From assembly GCA_965206745.1 (NCBI GenBank), contig OZ242220.1, positions 960,001 to 1,024,000 on the forward strand: 64,000 nt of DNA, read 5' to 3'. Position 1 is the first letter of the stretch. Every line of letters begins with the position of its first letter. The notes below the pieces were generated by a model. The model was not told where the DNA came from and searched no databases. It saw only the letters and a list, made by a program, of their open reading frames with translations. Positions 1 to 9,891 of this stretch are shown piece by piece. The stretch is from Nitrosopumilus sp. Its GTDB lineage: Archaea; Thermoproteota; Nitrososphaeria; Nitrososphaerales; Nitrosopumilaceae. Made by a program: the position numbers and the translations under genes.

Positions 1-1
1 A

Positions 2-94
2 AAACCCTACAAAGACGCATTTGCCCACACTGAATCAGTATTCCACATGTCAGAGAAGAAACTAAAGTTGCAAGAACATTTTGCCAGGAACTAG
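2..94 (+). CDS. 3' end of an unidentified CDS (partial)
   Basis: Open frame KPYKDAFAHTESVFHMSEKKLKLQEHFARN* ending at TAG 92-94, overlapping the convergent stop of the next gene. Confidence 0.45.
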   Translation, partial: KPYKDAFAHTESVFHMSEKKLKLQEHFARN

Positions 95-1344
95 CCGTGT
101 ATTTTCTCAATTCTGATTTTTTTCGGTATGTTTTTTGAAACTTTTTCTACAATAATTCTCAGTTCGTCCACTTCTACCTTGTCCCCCTCTTGCGGTATAT
201 CTTGCAGCCTTTCGTGAAGCAATCCGTTAAGTGATGCATAGTCATCCCCCTCAGGAACCTTGGTTTTAAAAATTTCATTAATTTTATCTATCTCGATATC
301 CCCATTTGTGATGATCGTATCCTGATCAATTCTTCTGTATCCTGCCTGCCTTGTCAGATCCGTCTCATCCTCAATCTCTCCGACTATTTCCTCCAAAAGA
401 TCCTCTAGCGTGACTAGTCCCTCCACCCCTCCATGCTCATCAACAACGATTGCCATGTGCGTCTTTCTTCCCTTCATCTCTTTTAGCAAGGCACTGACCA
501 TCTTCTCTTGGGAAACAAAGACCGGCTCCCTTGCTATTTTTTCCAAACTGGTCATCTTGTTGTCTATCTCTAACTCTTTGAGAACATCCCTTACATGGAT
601 GAATCCTACAATGTCATCACTTGTATTTCCGTAAATCGGGATTCTTGAATGCCCACTTTTGTTAATTTGAGGCAATGCTTCAAAGAGCAACATTTTGGAA
701 TTTAATGAAAACATCTTAGTTCTCGGAGTCATTACTGAGCGAATTACAGTATCATCGAATTTCAGGGCGCCATGCACTAGTTCCATCTCATCTTTTTCCA
801 ATGCCTTTTCCTCGAGTCCCTGATCAATGACCCCTTTGATCTCTTCTTCGGTGATAGGCGGCGGTGTGGAACTGCTTCCGGTCATCTTTACAACCCCCCT
901 AGTGATGATCTCAAAGAATTTCACCACGGGATAAAACACATAGCTGAATGCTAGCAGTACGGGGGCATATCTTAGTGCAATTTTAGTTGAATTTGCATTG
1001 CAGTATGTTTTGGGAGTAATTTCGCCAAACACTAGAATCAAAAATGTCATAACTCCGACTGCAATCCCTAAACCGTCATTGCCAAATAACCTGATTGCCA
1101 CGCTTGTTGCAAGAGCCGAACCTCCAACATTTACCAAGTTGTTGCCAAGGTTTACACTTGACATCATCCAGCTTGGATTCATCTTTAATCTATGAAGTGC
1201 CTTTGAGCCTTTTTTGCCCTCATTGAACAACTGAACAACTTTGGATTTTCTAACTCCAACAAGTGCCACCTCCAGACCGCTGAAAAATCCAGACAGTCCA
1301 ATAAGGACAGCCAAGACTGCAATCTCAAGCCATAAATCTACCAT
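91..1344 (-). CDS. Hemolysin-family/CNNM-CBS-CorC membrane protein (Mg2+/Co2+ transport-associated)
   Basis: N-terminal SGFFSGLEVAL...GEITPK CNNM domain, CBS pair (VMTPR, HSRIPIY, VVDEHGGVEGLVTLEDLLEEIVGEI), CorC-type C-terminus. Confidence 0.92.
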   Translation of the reverse strand: MVDLWLEIAVLAVLIGLSGFFSGLEVALVGVRKSKVVQLFNEGKKGSKALHRLKMNPSWMMSSVNLGNNLVNVGGSALATSVAIRLFGNDGLGIAVGVMTFLILVFGEITPKTYCNANSTKIALRYAPVLLAFSYVFYPVVKFFEIITRGVVKMTGSSSTPPPITEEEIKGVIDQGLEEKALEKDEMELVHGALKFDDTVIRSVMTPRTKMFSLNSKMLLFEALPQINKSGHSRIPIYGNTSDDIVGFIHVRDVLKELEIDNKMTSLEKIAREPVFVSQEKMVSALLKEMKGRKTHMAIVVDEHGGVEGLVTLEDLLEEIVGEIEDETDLTRQAGYRRIDQDTIITNGDIEIDKINEIFKTKVPEGDDYASLNGLLHERLQDIPQEGDKVEVDELRIIVEKVSKNIPKKIRIEKIHG

Positions 1345-1478
1345 GATATCCTCCTAGAGAATTTTATAGAATATTTATAATAATTACTCATTTAGTTTTT
1401 TCGCACCATCTTTTGGTTATTTCTTTTTGATTAAACATGGATTTAACTCTTAACATGGAATATTGAGCCTGACTGAGG

Positions 1479-2816
1479 CTAATTCTTTGGTGGAATTGCA
1501 AATATGTTCTCCGGATTTTTGTGATAATCTACTGGAATCATCGCATCTTTTTGCCTGCCTGTGAGGATTCCGACAACCACGTCGTCTTTTTTGATTATTT
1601 CCTCGCTTACCAATTTTTTAATTCCAACCACTGATGCGCCTGATGCCATCTCACAATCAAATCCGTTGAGGCCCACCACTGACATTCCATCAAGCATCTC
1701 AGAATCCGTCACAGTTGTTGCAACACCATCTGTAAACTCCAACGCCCGTAGACCTTTCAGAATATTTGCTGGTCTGCCAATCTGGATTGCCGTGGCCTTG
1801 GTTTTGGGTAATAGTCCTTCCTTGTCTAAATAATCATAGTATCTGGATATCAATTCCGTATTTGGACTTCCCTTATTCCACCGCAACTCTTCATTTTCAA
1901 ATTTACCGTTATACAAATCCGACAATGTACTTGCACCTTTTGAATTTATCACTGCAATTCTTGGAATTTTTTTAATCCATCCCCAAGCATACAGTTCCAT
2001 TAATGCCTTACCGCAGCTTGAGATATTTCCCAATGCTCCACCCGGATACACTATCCAATCAGGCACTTCCCAATTCAAATATTCCAAAGCTCTAAACGGA
2101 ATTGTTTTTTGCCCTTCAATTCTAAATGGATTGATAGAATTTACCGTGTATCCGTCATGATTTTGTGCATCATCTAGTGATTGTTTTAACGCATCATCAA
2201 AATTCCCATCCACCTCTATGATCTGAGCTCCGAATTGATATGCCTGACTAAGTTTTCCAGGCGCTATCTGTCCTTTGGGAATATACACATCACAGTTAAT
2301 TCCTTCATTTGCCGCAAACATTCCAGCCGAGGCAGAAGTATTTCCAGTGGATGCGCACACGATTTTTTTTGCACCCGTCATTTTTGCATGCGTAACTGCC
2401 GTTGCCATGCCGTTATCTTTGAAGGATCCACTCGGATTGTATCCTTCAGGCTGCAACCACAAGTCGTCATTTGAAACTCCGATAAAATCTGCAGCTTTTG
2501 ACATATGGTATGGCTTTGACTGCCTTCCCTCTGCACCATCTAGGGATACTAGGTATTTTGAGCATTCCTTGATATCTTCTGTGTCAATTTGACAAAAGTT
2601 TAGCAACTCTCTGAATCTCCAAACTCCGCTCTCATTGAAGATACTTCCTTCCGAATTTCTTCTCTTGTAAAAAATTTCTTTTAGTTCTGGAGATGGGTTG
2701 TTTTTGTATTTTACATCCAAAAGATGTCCTTTTTCACATTCAACATTTGTATTCTCAATGGAGTATTCTAATCCACAACTAGGATCAATACATTTGAGAT
2801 AGGCATCACCCTGCAT
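1479..2816 (-). CDS. thrC: Threonine synthase
   Basis: NPSGSFKD PLP-lysine motif, CASTGNTSAS, EGQKT, N-terminal Cys Zn-ribbon. Confidence 0.9.
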   Translation of the reverse strand: MQGDAYLKCIDPSCGLEYSIENTNVECEKGHLLDVKYKNNPSPELKEIFYKRRNSEGSIFNESGVWRFRELLNFCQIDTEDIKECSKYLVSLDGAEGRQSKPYHMSKAADFIGVSNDDLWLQPEGYNPSGSFKDNGMATAVTHAKMTGAKKIVCASTGNTSASAGMFAANEGINCDVYIPKGQIAPGKLSQAYQFGAQIIEVDGNFDDALKQSLDDAQNHDGYTVNSINPFRIEGQKTIPFRALEYLNWEVPDWIVYPGGALGNISSCGKALMELYAWGWIKKIPRIAVINSKGASTLSDLYNGKFENEELRWNKGSPNTELISRYYDYLDKEGLLPKTKATAIQIGRPANILKGLRALEFTDGVATTVTDSEMLDGMSVVGLNGFDCEMASGASVVGIKKLVSEEIIKKDDVVVGILTGRQKDAMIPVDYHKNPENIFAIPPKN

Positions 2817-2921
2817 CGTAATTACAGATAATCGGTGATAATTTAAAGGAAATCCTGTAAAAATTATAGTGGTTTAGCTATATTTGCTAAACTTTAGATT
2901 AGACATGTCTCGCTTGTAATC

Positions 2922-3296
2922 GTGGTCACATATAACGAACATCTAAAGAAAATTCTATCCCAAACTCTGGATTCATACCAAACTCTTAGAGAAATTCAAG
3001 ACAAGCCGGGGGATCTTGATAGGATCAAAAAAGAGATGTTAAAGATCAACGGGTTCCTAAAGGTGACTACCAACAATATCGATGAGTACAAAATCACCCA
3101 CTCTGATTTCAAAAAGTTAAAATCCAAATTCATTCATTACTTGGAAAACTATTTTTTTGAAAAAGAGATTGAAACGATGGCCCCTCTGTATTCAAATGAT
3201 GTCAGTAGAATAAAAAATATGAGATTAAAAATCATTGAAGCACTAGAGGATAAAAAGATGATTGAAAGCATAGGGGAGTTGATGGATAAGATATGA
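2922..3296 (+). CDS. Hypothetical protein
   Basis: 124-aa ORF, GTG start, protein-like composition, fills intergenic space. Confidence 0.75.
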   Translation: MVTYNEHLKKILSQTLDSYQTLREIQDKPGDLDRIKKEMLKINGFLKVTTNNIDEYKITHSDFKKLKSKFIHYLENYFFEKEIETMAPLYSNDVSRIKNMRLKIIEALEDKKMIESIGELMDKI

Positions 3297-3400
3297 CCGG
3301 TGACAAAAGATGCATTTTATGCGGGTGCCGAGATCATAAAATTTTTGGATGCAATCGACATGTTGCAAAAAAATGCAGTTGTTATGATAATGATGATTAA
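3293..3400 (+). CDS. Small Cys/His-rich peptide (35 aa)
   Basis: MTGDKRCILCGCRDHKIFGCNRHVAKKCSCYDNDD*; ATGA overlap with the upstream stop; 6 Cys. Confidence 0.5.
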   Translation: MTGDKRCILCGCRDHKIFGCNRHVAKKCSCYDNDD

Positions 3401-3411
3401 TTTTTATGAGA

Positions 3412-3528
3412 TTAATTTCGTTTAGGGCCTGATCTTTCATGGAAGTTTAAACAGCACTTGCACTCTTTTTGGCGACATTCTGCCTCACTATGGTGACCGC
3501 AGATGCCACATTCACAGCTATTTGACAT
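3412..3528 (-). CDS. Small Cys/His-rich metallothionein-like peptide (38 aa)
   Basis: MSNSCECGICGHHSEAECRQKECKCCLNFHERSGPKRN*; 7 Cys, 3 His; TATA-like TTATAT about 25 nt upstream. Confidence 0.65.
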   Translation of the reverse strand: MSNSCECGICGHHSEAECRQKECKCCLNFHERSGPKRN

Positions 3529-3597
3529 GATATTGTTTGTCGGATTCAGAATATAATTTATCCACCAATTTTTTATGAGTTTAAGGTCAAAACAGGA

Positions 3598-3909
3598 TTA
3601 TTTTTTGGATTTGGGCTTTTTTGGAGGCCTTTCTTCCAACTCTTTTTTGATTTCATCTGCCTTACGGTCCACTGCTTTGATAATCTCTTGGATGATTCCA
3701 TCTAGATCACTGTCTTGAGCTTTAGGTTCTATGGTACTTGCAATCTCTGTAATGGTGTTTGAAATCTCAGAACTAATGTCCTCAAAGCTTTCTGGATCCT
3801 CGTATGCTGCATTGTAAAGGTTTTTTAGATTATTCACATAGCTGATTATTTGCTCAGTTAACATGATTTTGTAATCAGTGCCATTAACTGGAAATTCTTT
3901 TGAACTCAT
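3598..3909 (-). CDS. Hypothetical protein
   Basis: 103-aa ORF with ATG start and upstream TTATAA. Confidence 0.75.
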   Translation of the reverse strand: MSSKEFPVNGTDYKIMLTEQIISYVNNLKNLYNAAYEDPESFEDISSEISNTITEIASTIEPKAQDSDLDGIIQEIIKAVDRKADEIKKELEERPPKKPKSKK

Positions 3910-3979
3910 ATTGTTTTTTCAATATCTTTTGTTTATAACGTTTTCAGCTAAACTGCTTCCATATGGGATCTACTGGCAA

Positions 3980-4426
3980 TCAAAACACTATGTAATCTAA
4001 TGCGGAGGCATCGCTGATCAGTCTGGTGTGCTTTGAACCTACCACGTAACCATTTTTGATGTCTTCTACAGGAATCCATCTGTTTGTAGAAGAATAGTGT
4101 CTCTTTTCAGCCAACTCCCTTTCAATGGCCTCAATATCAAATTCAGCTTCTTCAACCTGCTGGGTTGTAAGATGTTTGACAGTTACCATGATTTTTGTCA
4201 CTTTAACCCGATCTCCAAATTTCCATTTTAGTACCGGGTTTTCATCTGAGACTTCCAACACCTTGATCTTCATCTGCTTTTTTCCAAATGCATCATGACT
4301 GATGAGTGCTCTCTCATCTGTAAACTCTTCAAAACTTGTTCTGGAATTTACTTCTGCATCTGAGACAGTTTCAAGTAAAGATTCAATCTTTTCAGACGGT
4401 TCAGTATTGGTGTTCTCTTCAGACAT
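3980..4426 (-). CDS. Hypothetical protein
   Basis: ORF; start MSEENT chosen from TATA spacing (alternative ATG at 4441). Confidence 0.75.
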   Translation of the reverse strand: MSEENTNTEPSEKIESLLETVSDAEVNSRTSFEEFTDERALISHDAFGKKQMKIKVLEVSDENPVLKWKFGDRVKVTKIMVTVKHLTTQQVEEAEFDIEAIERELAEKRHYSSTNRWIPVEDIKNGYVVGSKHTRLISDASALDYIVF

Positions 4427-4882
4427 GCCATTACTTGGCATCTTGTACTTAAAAATGATTTGTGGTTGGTCAGTTCTCTACAAATTCACCCAAAAAACGG
4501 TGAAAAGATTGGAGATTAGATGAGCATGTCAAGTTGCAAAGGCTTTTGAACAGCATCTTTAGAAACGGCAAATGACACCTCAGGCATACACACAATACAG
4601 GATCAAAAAACTATTTTGATGCAATACGAGCAGATGTGCACAGAAAAGGAGACGAGATGTTTTAAACAACTATGCGAAACGAATCAAAAAGCCATCTAAT
4701 CATTTTGACATAGAATACAGGATGATTCTACCAGAGTTAGAAAAAACAAATGGCATTAGGTTGCTGCATTCTTAACCTATGACGTGTAAATGGTGGTCAA
4801 TCTGTATATTCTGAGATATTTTGGCATTTTAGATTGTAAAATTCATTCGCATCTTATTTGGGATTTTGATGTAAATAAAAAG

Positions 4883-5467
4883 TTAATTTGTGGATAGTTC
4901 CGATTCGGGTAAATAATCATAGTATTGTAATGTGTCAATTGCTGCTTTGATATCTTTTTCAGTAAAACCGGCATCTGGTTTTAATTCTCCAAGTTTATCA
5001 TGAATATATTCTAAAGTGTATTTATCAAGCATATTCAACTGTTTTTTTGCCCAATAATGAACCGAAGCCAGCAATTCTAACTCTCTTGGTTTTTTTCCAT
5101 TTGCAAATTTTATAATTTGATTTAATTCTTGATCTATTTCTTTGGAAAACTTGACATCATCAAAATATGAAATATGGTTTTCATTAATAGTCATATTTTG
5201 AATAAATATCTCTTCCTTTCTCGTAGGGATTTCTTTGATGGTGATATTCTTATCATAAACAAAATCTTGTACTATCTGTTGTATTTCCTCACTATGTGGA
5301 CCAAAACCTTGCCATTTGAAAGAAAACAGATCAAATTTCTCATTAAAAAAATACATGCATTTCTGCAGAGCTTTTTTGCCCATTATTCCAGGGATTTCTG
5401 CATTTTCATTTTCTGTAGCTTTTTTAACCAATAGTAAAATTTGATCATTTTTTGTTGCTTCAACCAT
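4883..5467 (-). CDS. YwgA/Panacea(SocA)/DarG C-terminal-like putative antitoxin
   Basis: GKKALQKCMYF...FKWQGFGPHSEEI and ELELLASVHY motifs; AT-rich. Confidence 0.55.
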   Translation of the reverse strand: MVEATKNDQILLLVKKATENENAEIPGIMGKKALQKCMYFFNEKFDLFSFKWQGFGPHSEEIQQIVQDFVYDKNITIKEIPTRKEEIFIQNMTINENHISYFDDVKFSKEIDQELNQIIKFANGKKPRELELLASVHYWAKKQLNMLDKYTLEYIHDKLGELKPDAGFTEKDIKAAIDTLQYYDYLPESELSTN

Positions 5468-5490
5468 GAATCATCTTCCCCTTATTGACA

Positions 5491-6078
5491 TTAACCAGAG
5501 CCCATACGAGGATTGGTTCTCTGTCTTGTCTTAAATGGCATTCTACATTCTTTGAGAAAAAGATCTTGTCTTGTGCCATTTCGCTTTGCATACATCTTGC
5601 CTTCATATGTGCATACACAGTCAGTGATCTCAAGGGTATCATCCCAAATCTTAAAGTATTCTCGCAGTTCCCTGCTTTCGTATTTTCCAATATCTAGTCG
5701 TTTTTTTGATAAAAATTTGAATGCAAGTAAAACCTTTCTTTTTTTGTAAATATCAAATGTTTTGACCCATTCCAGACATCGCTCAATTTGATCAGCCGGC
5801 ACAGGCAATGACGTACTGGTTCCCGATTTTGCCTCAATTGTGAATATCGTGCTATTACTTGTGTTTACAGCCAGAACGTCAGGCAGTGCGATACTTGGGG
5901 AGCCTAGTCTAAACGCCTTCCAATTATTTGTGCCATTGAACCTCTTTACGATGGTATCTTCCCAATGGTAACCCCTCTGCCTGCGGATTCTTGCGGCTCT
6001 TTGATTATTTGTGATGAGTGTTTCATCTGTTTTTTGCTTTGTAACTGTCACTGCTGAATATTTTGATCTCAATACCAT
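5491..6078 (-). CDS. hjc: Archaeal Holliday junction resolvase (Hjc-like PD-(D/E)XK nuclease)
   Basis: RGYHWED, PDVLA, IEAKS motifs. Confidence 0.78.
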   Translation of the reverse strand: MVLRSKYSAVTVTKQKTDETLITNNQRAARIRRQRGYHWEDTIVKRFNGTNNWKAFRLGSPSIALPDVLAVNTSNSTIFTIEAKSGTSTSLPVPADQIERCLEWVKTFDIYKKRKVLLAFKFLSKKRLDIGKYESRELREYFKIWDDTLEITDCVCTYEGKMYAKRNGTRQDLFLKECRMPFKTRQRTNPRMGSG

Positions 6079-6194
6079 GCCATTTCTCTATTATGTATAG
6101 TAAAGTTGGTAATTATACAATAACTCGACAAACATTATACAAACACCATAACCATCTTGACCCTTTAAAATTCTAAAAAACATCATCTGCACAC

Positions 6195-6371
6195 ATGTGG
6201 GAATCTGATGCCAGTAGTGGATTCTTTAGAGCAGAGAAATTCCCGTCTGCATGCGCTAAAACATCCGAATTTTGGATTGGCAATCCCTCTAAAGACGAAA
6301 TTAAAAACATGGAAAAATTAAGAACCCTTAACTGGGTAAATAAAAGACAGAACTGCAGATCCCTTTTTTGA
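6195..6371 (+). CDS. Possible small hypothetical protein (58 aa)
   Basis: MWESDASSGFFRAEKF...NCRSLF*; TTTAAA upstream; below the ORF-track cutoff. Confidence 0.3.
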   Translation: MWESDASSGFFRAEKFPSACAKTSEFWIGNPSKDEIKNMEKLRTLNWVNKRQNCRSLF

Positions 6372-6430
6372 CAACCAAAGATGGACAAAAAATACAATGA
6401 GTTTATCAAACCCGCCCATTGTAAAAAATT

Positions 6431-7258
6431 ATGCTAGACGAACTCACAAAGAATCTGGTTCGCATCAAGCAGAGTTTTGCCAAAAATTACTCTGGAAATG
6501 CACACATTCAAGAGGTAATCCCGTCATCAGTCTCAGAAGAGTTTGCACTGCCTTCCCAGCATCTGCGCCTGCTTCACGATTTTGCCATCAAGAATCCAAT
6601 CTATCTTAACCACTATTCAGAAGACATTGAAGGAATCCCATGTACTGTCTATGAAGGAGACATCAACGAATATTGGCTTAACAGTATCAAGCACGGTTCA
6701 AGTTGTCAGCCATTTTACCCAACATGGATAATGTCAGCATATGTTATGACCAGTATCGCCAAAGAATTAGGGCATACAGAACTAGTGGATATTGGATCAG
6801 GGGATGGAAGGATATCCTTCTGTGGCAGCATTTTAGGACAGACATCCCACAGCATTGAAATTGACGACGTGTTAGTGGGGCTGCAAGATGCAATCTGCAA
6901 ATCCACAAAGCAAGACTTTCATCCAGAGTGCCAAGATGCCTTAGAGTTTGATTATTCCCAACTGCAATTAGACAAGCCAGTTTTTTTCATAGGAGGCCTT
7001 CCTCAGATGGGGGGAGACGTCTTGGCAACAGGCATCATAGAAAAAATCGATTCGATTCCGGATCTAAAAAAGAACACATGTATCGTCTTTGCAGGCACCC
7101 ATACGAAACGGCAACTGTCGGGGAATTTAGATGATGGCGGGTGGAGCTCCCTGATTGAAAAACACAATCTAAAAGTAGTCGATACCGTATCTCTGCCTAC
7201 CGTTTGGACATTTGATCAAAGAGTAGAGACCCCATACATCTATACCAAATTCAACTGA
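6431..7258 (+). CDS. Putative SAM-dependent methyltransferase-fold protein
   Basis: LVDIGSGDGR motif I followed by SIEID. Confidence 0.7.
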   Translation: MLDELTKNLVRIKQSFAKNYSGNAHIQEVIPSSVSEEFALPSQHLRLLHDFAIKNPIYLNHYSEDIEGIPCTVYEGDINEYWLNSIKHGSSCQPFYPTWIMSAYVMTSIAKELGHTELVDIGSGDGRISFCGSILGQTSHSIEIDDVLVGLQDAICKSTKQDFHPECQDALEFDYSQLQLDKPVFFIGGLPQMGGDVLATGIIEKIDSIPDLKKNTCIVFAGTHTKRQLSGNLDDGGWSSLIEKHNLKVVDTVSLPTVWTFDQRVETPYIYTKFN

Positions 7259-7559
7259 CGCCAAAAAAATAGCCTTCTTGAGAAATTCCGCACTCTGATA
7301 TTCTTACCGTTTGTCCTATCTTGGGAGTCTTTGAAATGGTTGCAATTATTCGAAATGCCTTTTCGATTTCGACTATGCAGAAATACTGTCCGTTCTTGCT
7401 TGAAAATTCAATGATTTTGCCCTCAAAATCACCCTCATGTAGGGATACGCTGCCAAAACAATGACTGCAGGATTCTGCAACCGGCCACACAATCTTTTTA
7501 CATTCTGTACACCGAAGAATGCAGAAAATCCCCTGGTTTAACTTGTCTTCAAAACTCAT
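7251..7559 (-). CDS. DUF35 Zn-ribbon/OB-fold protein (thiolase partner)
   Basis: CTEC...CSHC ribbon then OB-fold; ATG MSFEDK overlaps the thiolase stop (ATGA). Confidence 0.8.
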   Translation of the reverse strand: MSFEDKLNQGIFCILRCTECKKIVWPVAESCSHCFGSVSLHEGDFEGKIIEFSSKNGQYFCIVEIEKAFRIIATISKTPKIGQTVRISECGISQEGYFFGVS

Positions 7560-8665
7560 CTCTCTAAAACCAACACCGTAGATGACGTAGCAGCTGCAGA
7601 CATGTTGTGAACCAATCCCACTTTGGCGCCATCCACCTGTCTCCGGCTGGCATCTGATTGAAGCTGCTGCACAACTTCTATGGTTTGAGCAATCCCTGTC
7701 GCACCTAGAGGATGTCCACACCCAATTAACCCGCCCCTTGGGTTTATTTTGAAATTATCTGTCTGATGCAGCTCCTTGACCATCGTCATGCCCTGCCCCT
7801 CATTTGAAAACCCAATTGACTCTAATGCCATTGGCTCACAGACAGAAAATGCATCATGCAGTTCTGCAACGTCTATCTCGCCTATATTTTTTTTGGACAT
7901 TTTCAGTGCTGCTTTGCCAGCCTCCCTGGTGGATTCCAGGGATGCAAATGACATGTTTTTTGTGAATCCTGCAGATGTCGTCTTTTGCCCTATTCCCGTT
8001 ATCCAAACGGGGCTCTCTGAAAGCATCTTCACCCTTTCCTCAGACCCCAAAATGATTGATGCGCTTCCGGTGCACGGTCTTGAGCAATCCAACAGTCTTA
8101 GATCATCTGTGAGTCTTTTTGAATTCATCACATCCTCGACTGTGAATGTCTTATCTGATAACGCATTGGGATTCTCTGCTGCCTGCTTGTGATTTTTTAC
8201 CGATACTGTTGCCAGATCTTCATCAGATATGCCATATTCCCGTTTGTATGATTTTGAAAATATGGAGGACCAGAAGATTGGATGCTTGAACTCTCCGCGA
8301 GAACTATCCCACTCTAGCACATTTCCTGGACTGTCATATCTTTCAGCCCCTGTCACTAGTACCAAATCTGCAAGGCCTGATGCAATGTACGAGTATGCCG
8401 AAACGATAGAATTTGTGCCTGAATTGCATAGATTTTCAATGGAGTGGGCTATATTCGGCCGAATGCCTGCCATCTCAGACAAGATCGGGGAGAGATACTT
8501 TGAATTATTATTTGTGGACACTAGAACCGCATCCACGTCCTCTCTTTGTATGTGGGAATTGTTCTTAAAAGTCTCCCTTGCAGAGTCTAGCAAAATGGAC
8601 TCTATTTTTTTATCCTCCTTTGTAAAAGGAGTTATCCCGTATCCTGCAATTCCGACCTTGTTCAT
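7556..8665 (-). CDS. Thiolase (acetyl-CoA acetyltransferase, archaeal SCP2-type)
   Basis: ENLCNSG, KNH, ELHDAF, NPRGG...GHPLGATG motifs. Confidence 0.92.
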   Translation of the reverse strand: MNKVGIAGYGITPFTKEDKKIESILLDSARETFKNNSHIQREDVDAVLVSTNNNSKYLSPILSEMAGIRPNIAHSIENLCNSGTNSIVSAYSYIASGLADLVLVTGAERYDSPGNVLEWDSSRGEFKHPIFWSSIFSKSYKREYGISDEDLATVSVKNHKQAAENPNALSDKTFTVEDVMNSKRLTDDLRLLDCSRPCTGSASIILGSEERVKMLSESPVWITGIGQKTTSAGFTKNMSFASLESTREAGKAALKMSKKNIGEIDVAELHDAFSVCEPMALESIGFSNEGQGMTMVKELHQTDNFKINPRGGLIGCGHPLGATGIAQTIEVVQQLQSDASRRQVDGAKVGLVHNMSAAATSSTVLVLER

Positions 8666-8666
8666 A

Positions 8667-9632
8667 TCATTCATCCAGAAATGCTTTTTTGAATATCTCA
8701 AACGAACTCATCGTGGAGCCAACAGGGTTAAACTGCAAGATGGGCTGATCAATTCCGACACTAGCAAAATTCTTTAACTGCTTTTTACATTCTTCTGCAG
8801 TGCCAGAAATTGCCAGAGATTGCAGCATCGTATCTGTTACCAGATCATGGTTTGATTTAAATCCTGATTTTTTGAATTCATCATAAATTTCACTCGTCTC
8901 TTTTTGATATCCGTTTTCTGACAAAAATTTACGGTAAATGTCCCCAACTGAGATATAAAACGCAATGGTTTTTTTTGCACGTAAAATCGCCTCCTCTGAA
9001 TTTTCAGAAACACACGTTATTAATTGGCATGCTACGTCTATTTTTTTCCTTGATTGCATTTCAGATATCGTTTGTTTCATTTCATTTAACGGTCTGAGAT
9101 AAAATATCACGCCATCTCCAATATTCCATGCAAGATCAACCATTCTTTTGTTTATGGCTGCCAGATAAATCGGGATCTCTCTCCGTTGGGGTTTGGTTAA
9201 CAGTGTGAAATTGTCCAGTTTGAAGATCTGACCATCATAATTTATCTGCTGGCCTGATAATGCAAGTCGGATTATCTCCACATACTCCCTCATTCTTTGC
9301 AACGGTCTTTCAAATTTATTGCCATGAAATGACTCGACTATGGGCAAGCTACTTGTACCAAGCCCTAAGACTAGCCTGCCATTGGATAGTGTATCCACAG
9401 TGGATGCCCCCATCGCAATTGCAGTTGGACTTCGGGAATAGATGTTGATTATTGATGAGCCAATCTTCTGATTTTTGGTCTTAGAGGATATCGCCCCCAT
9501 CATTGAAAAATTCTCCATGCCCCATGTTTCAGGTATCCATATCGTGTCCGTATCAGTCCTGGAGATTATTTCTGAGCATTTTATGATCTCCTCTATTGAC
9601 AATAATGACCCCAAACTACAGGAAACACGCAT
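8667..9632 (-). CDS. LLM-class (F420/flavin-dependent) oxidoreductase
   Basis: WIPETWG, DTLSNGRLVLGLG, IPIYLAA, DGVI motifs. Confidence 0.9.
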   Translation of the reverse strand: MRVSCSLGSLLSIEEIIKCSEIISRTDTDTIWIPETWGMENFSMMGAISSKTKNQKIGSSIINIYSRSPTAIAMGASTVDTLSNGRLVLGLGTSSLPIVESFHGNKFERPLQRMREYVEIIRLALSGQQINYDGQIFKLDNFTLLTKPQRREIPIYLAAINKRMVDLAWNIGDGVIFYLRPLNEMKQTISEMQSRKKIDVACQLITCVSENSEEAILRAKKTIAFYISVGDIYRKFLSENGYQKETSEIYDEFKKSGFKSNHDLVTDTMLQSLAISGTAEECKKQLKNFASVGIDQPILQFNPVGSTMSSFEIFKKAFLDE

Positions 9633-9688
9633 GAGAATGGTATGGCTTTTGGATATTCTAGTGTATCTGTTTTAGCAATGGGTGAATT

Positions 9689-9880
9689 TTGGTTGAGGCT
9701 GAGTATTATCAGATCAGGACAGAATTAGGATTATTGAACCCGCAGATATTTTCAGAAAAAACGGATGAAAAATCAACATTTTGGCATAATGCAACAAAGT
9801 ATGCTCTAGCCAGCAAAGATGAGCACTTTGTTGAGGAAATTGCGTACTGCATGGTCACCTTACATAGAACCGGCGCGTAA
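9689..9880 (+). CDS. Possible hypothetical protein or gene fragment
   Basis: 63-aa ORF filling the intergenic gap. Confidence 0.3.
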   Translation: MVEAEYYQIRTELGLLNPQIFSEKTDEKSTFWHNATKYALASKDEHFVEEIAYCMVTLHRTGA

Positions 9881-9891
9881 GATTCTAGACT

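Noticed and set aside
7560-7721. N-terminal extension of the DUF35 ORF
   Set aside because: Lies within the thiolase CDS; the ATGA-coupled start at 7559 fits better
7251-9632. LLM-thiolase-DUF35 cluster as a novel pathway
   Set aside because: Thiolase plus DUF35 is a well-known archaeal pairing and looks like core genome
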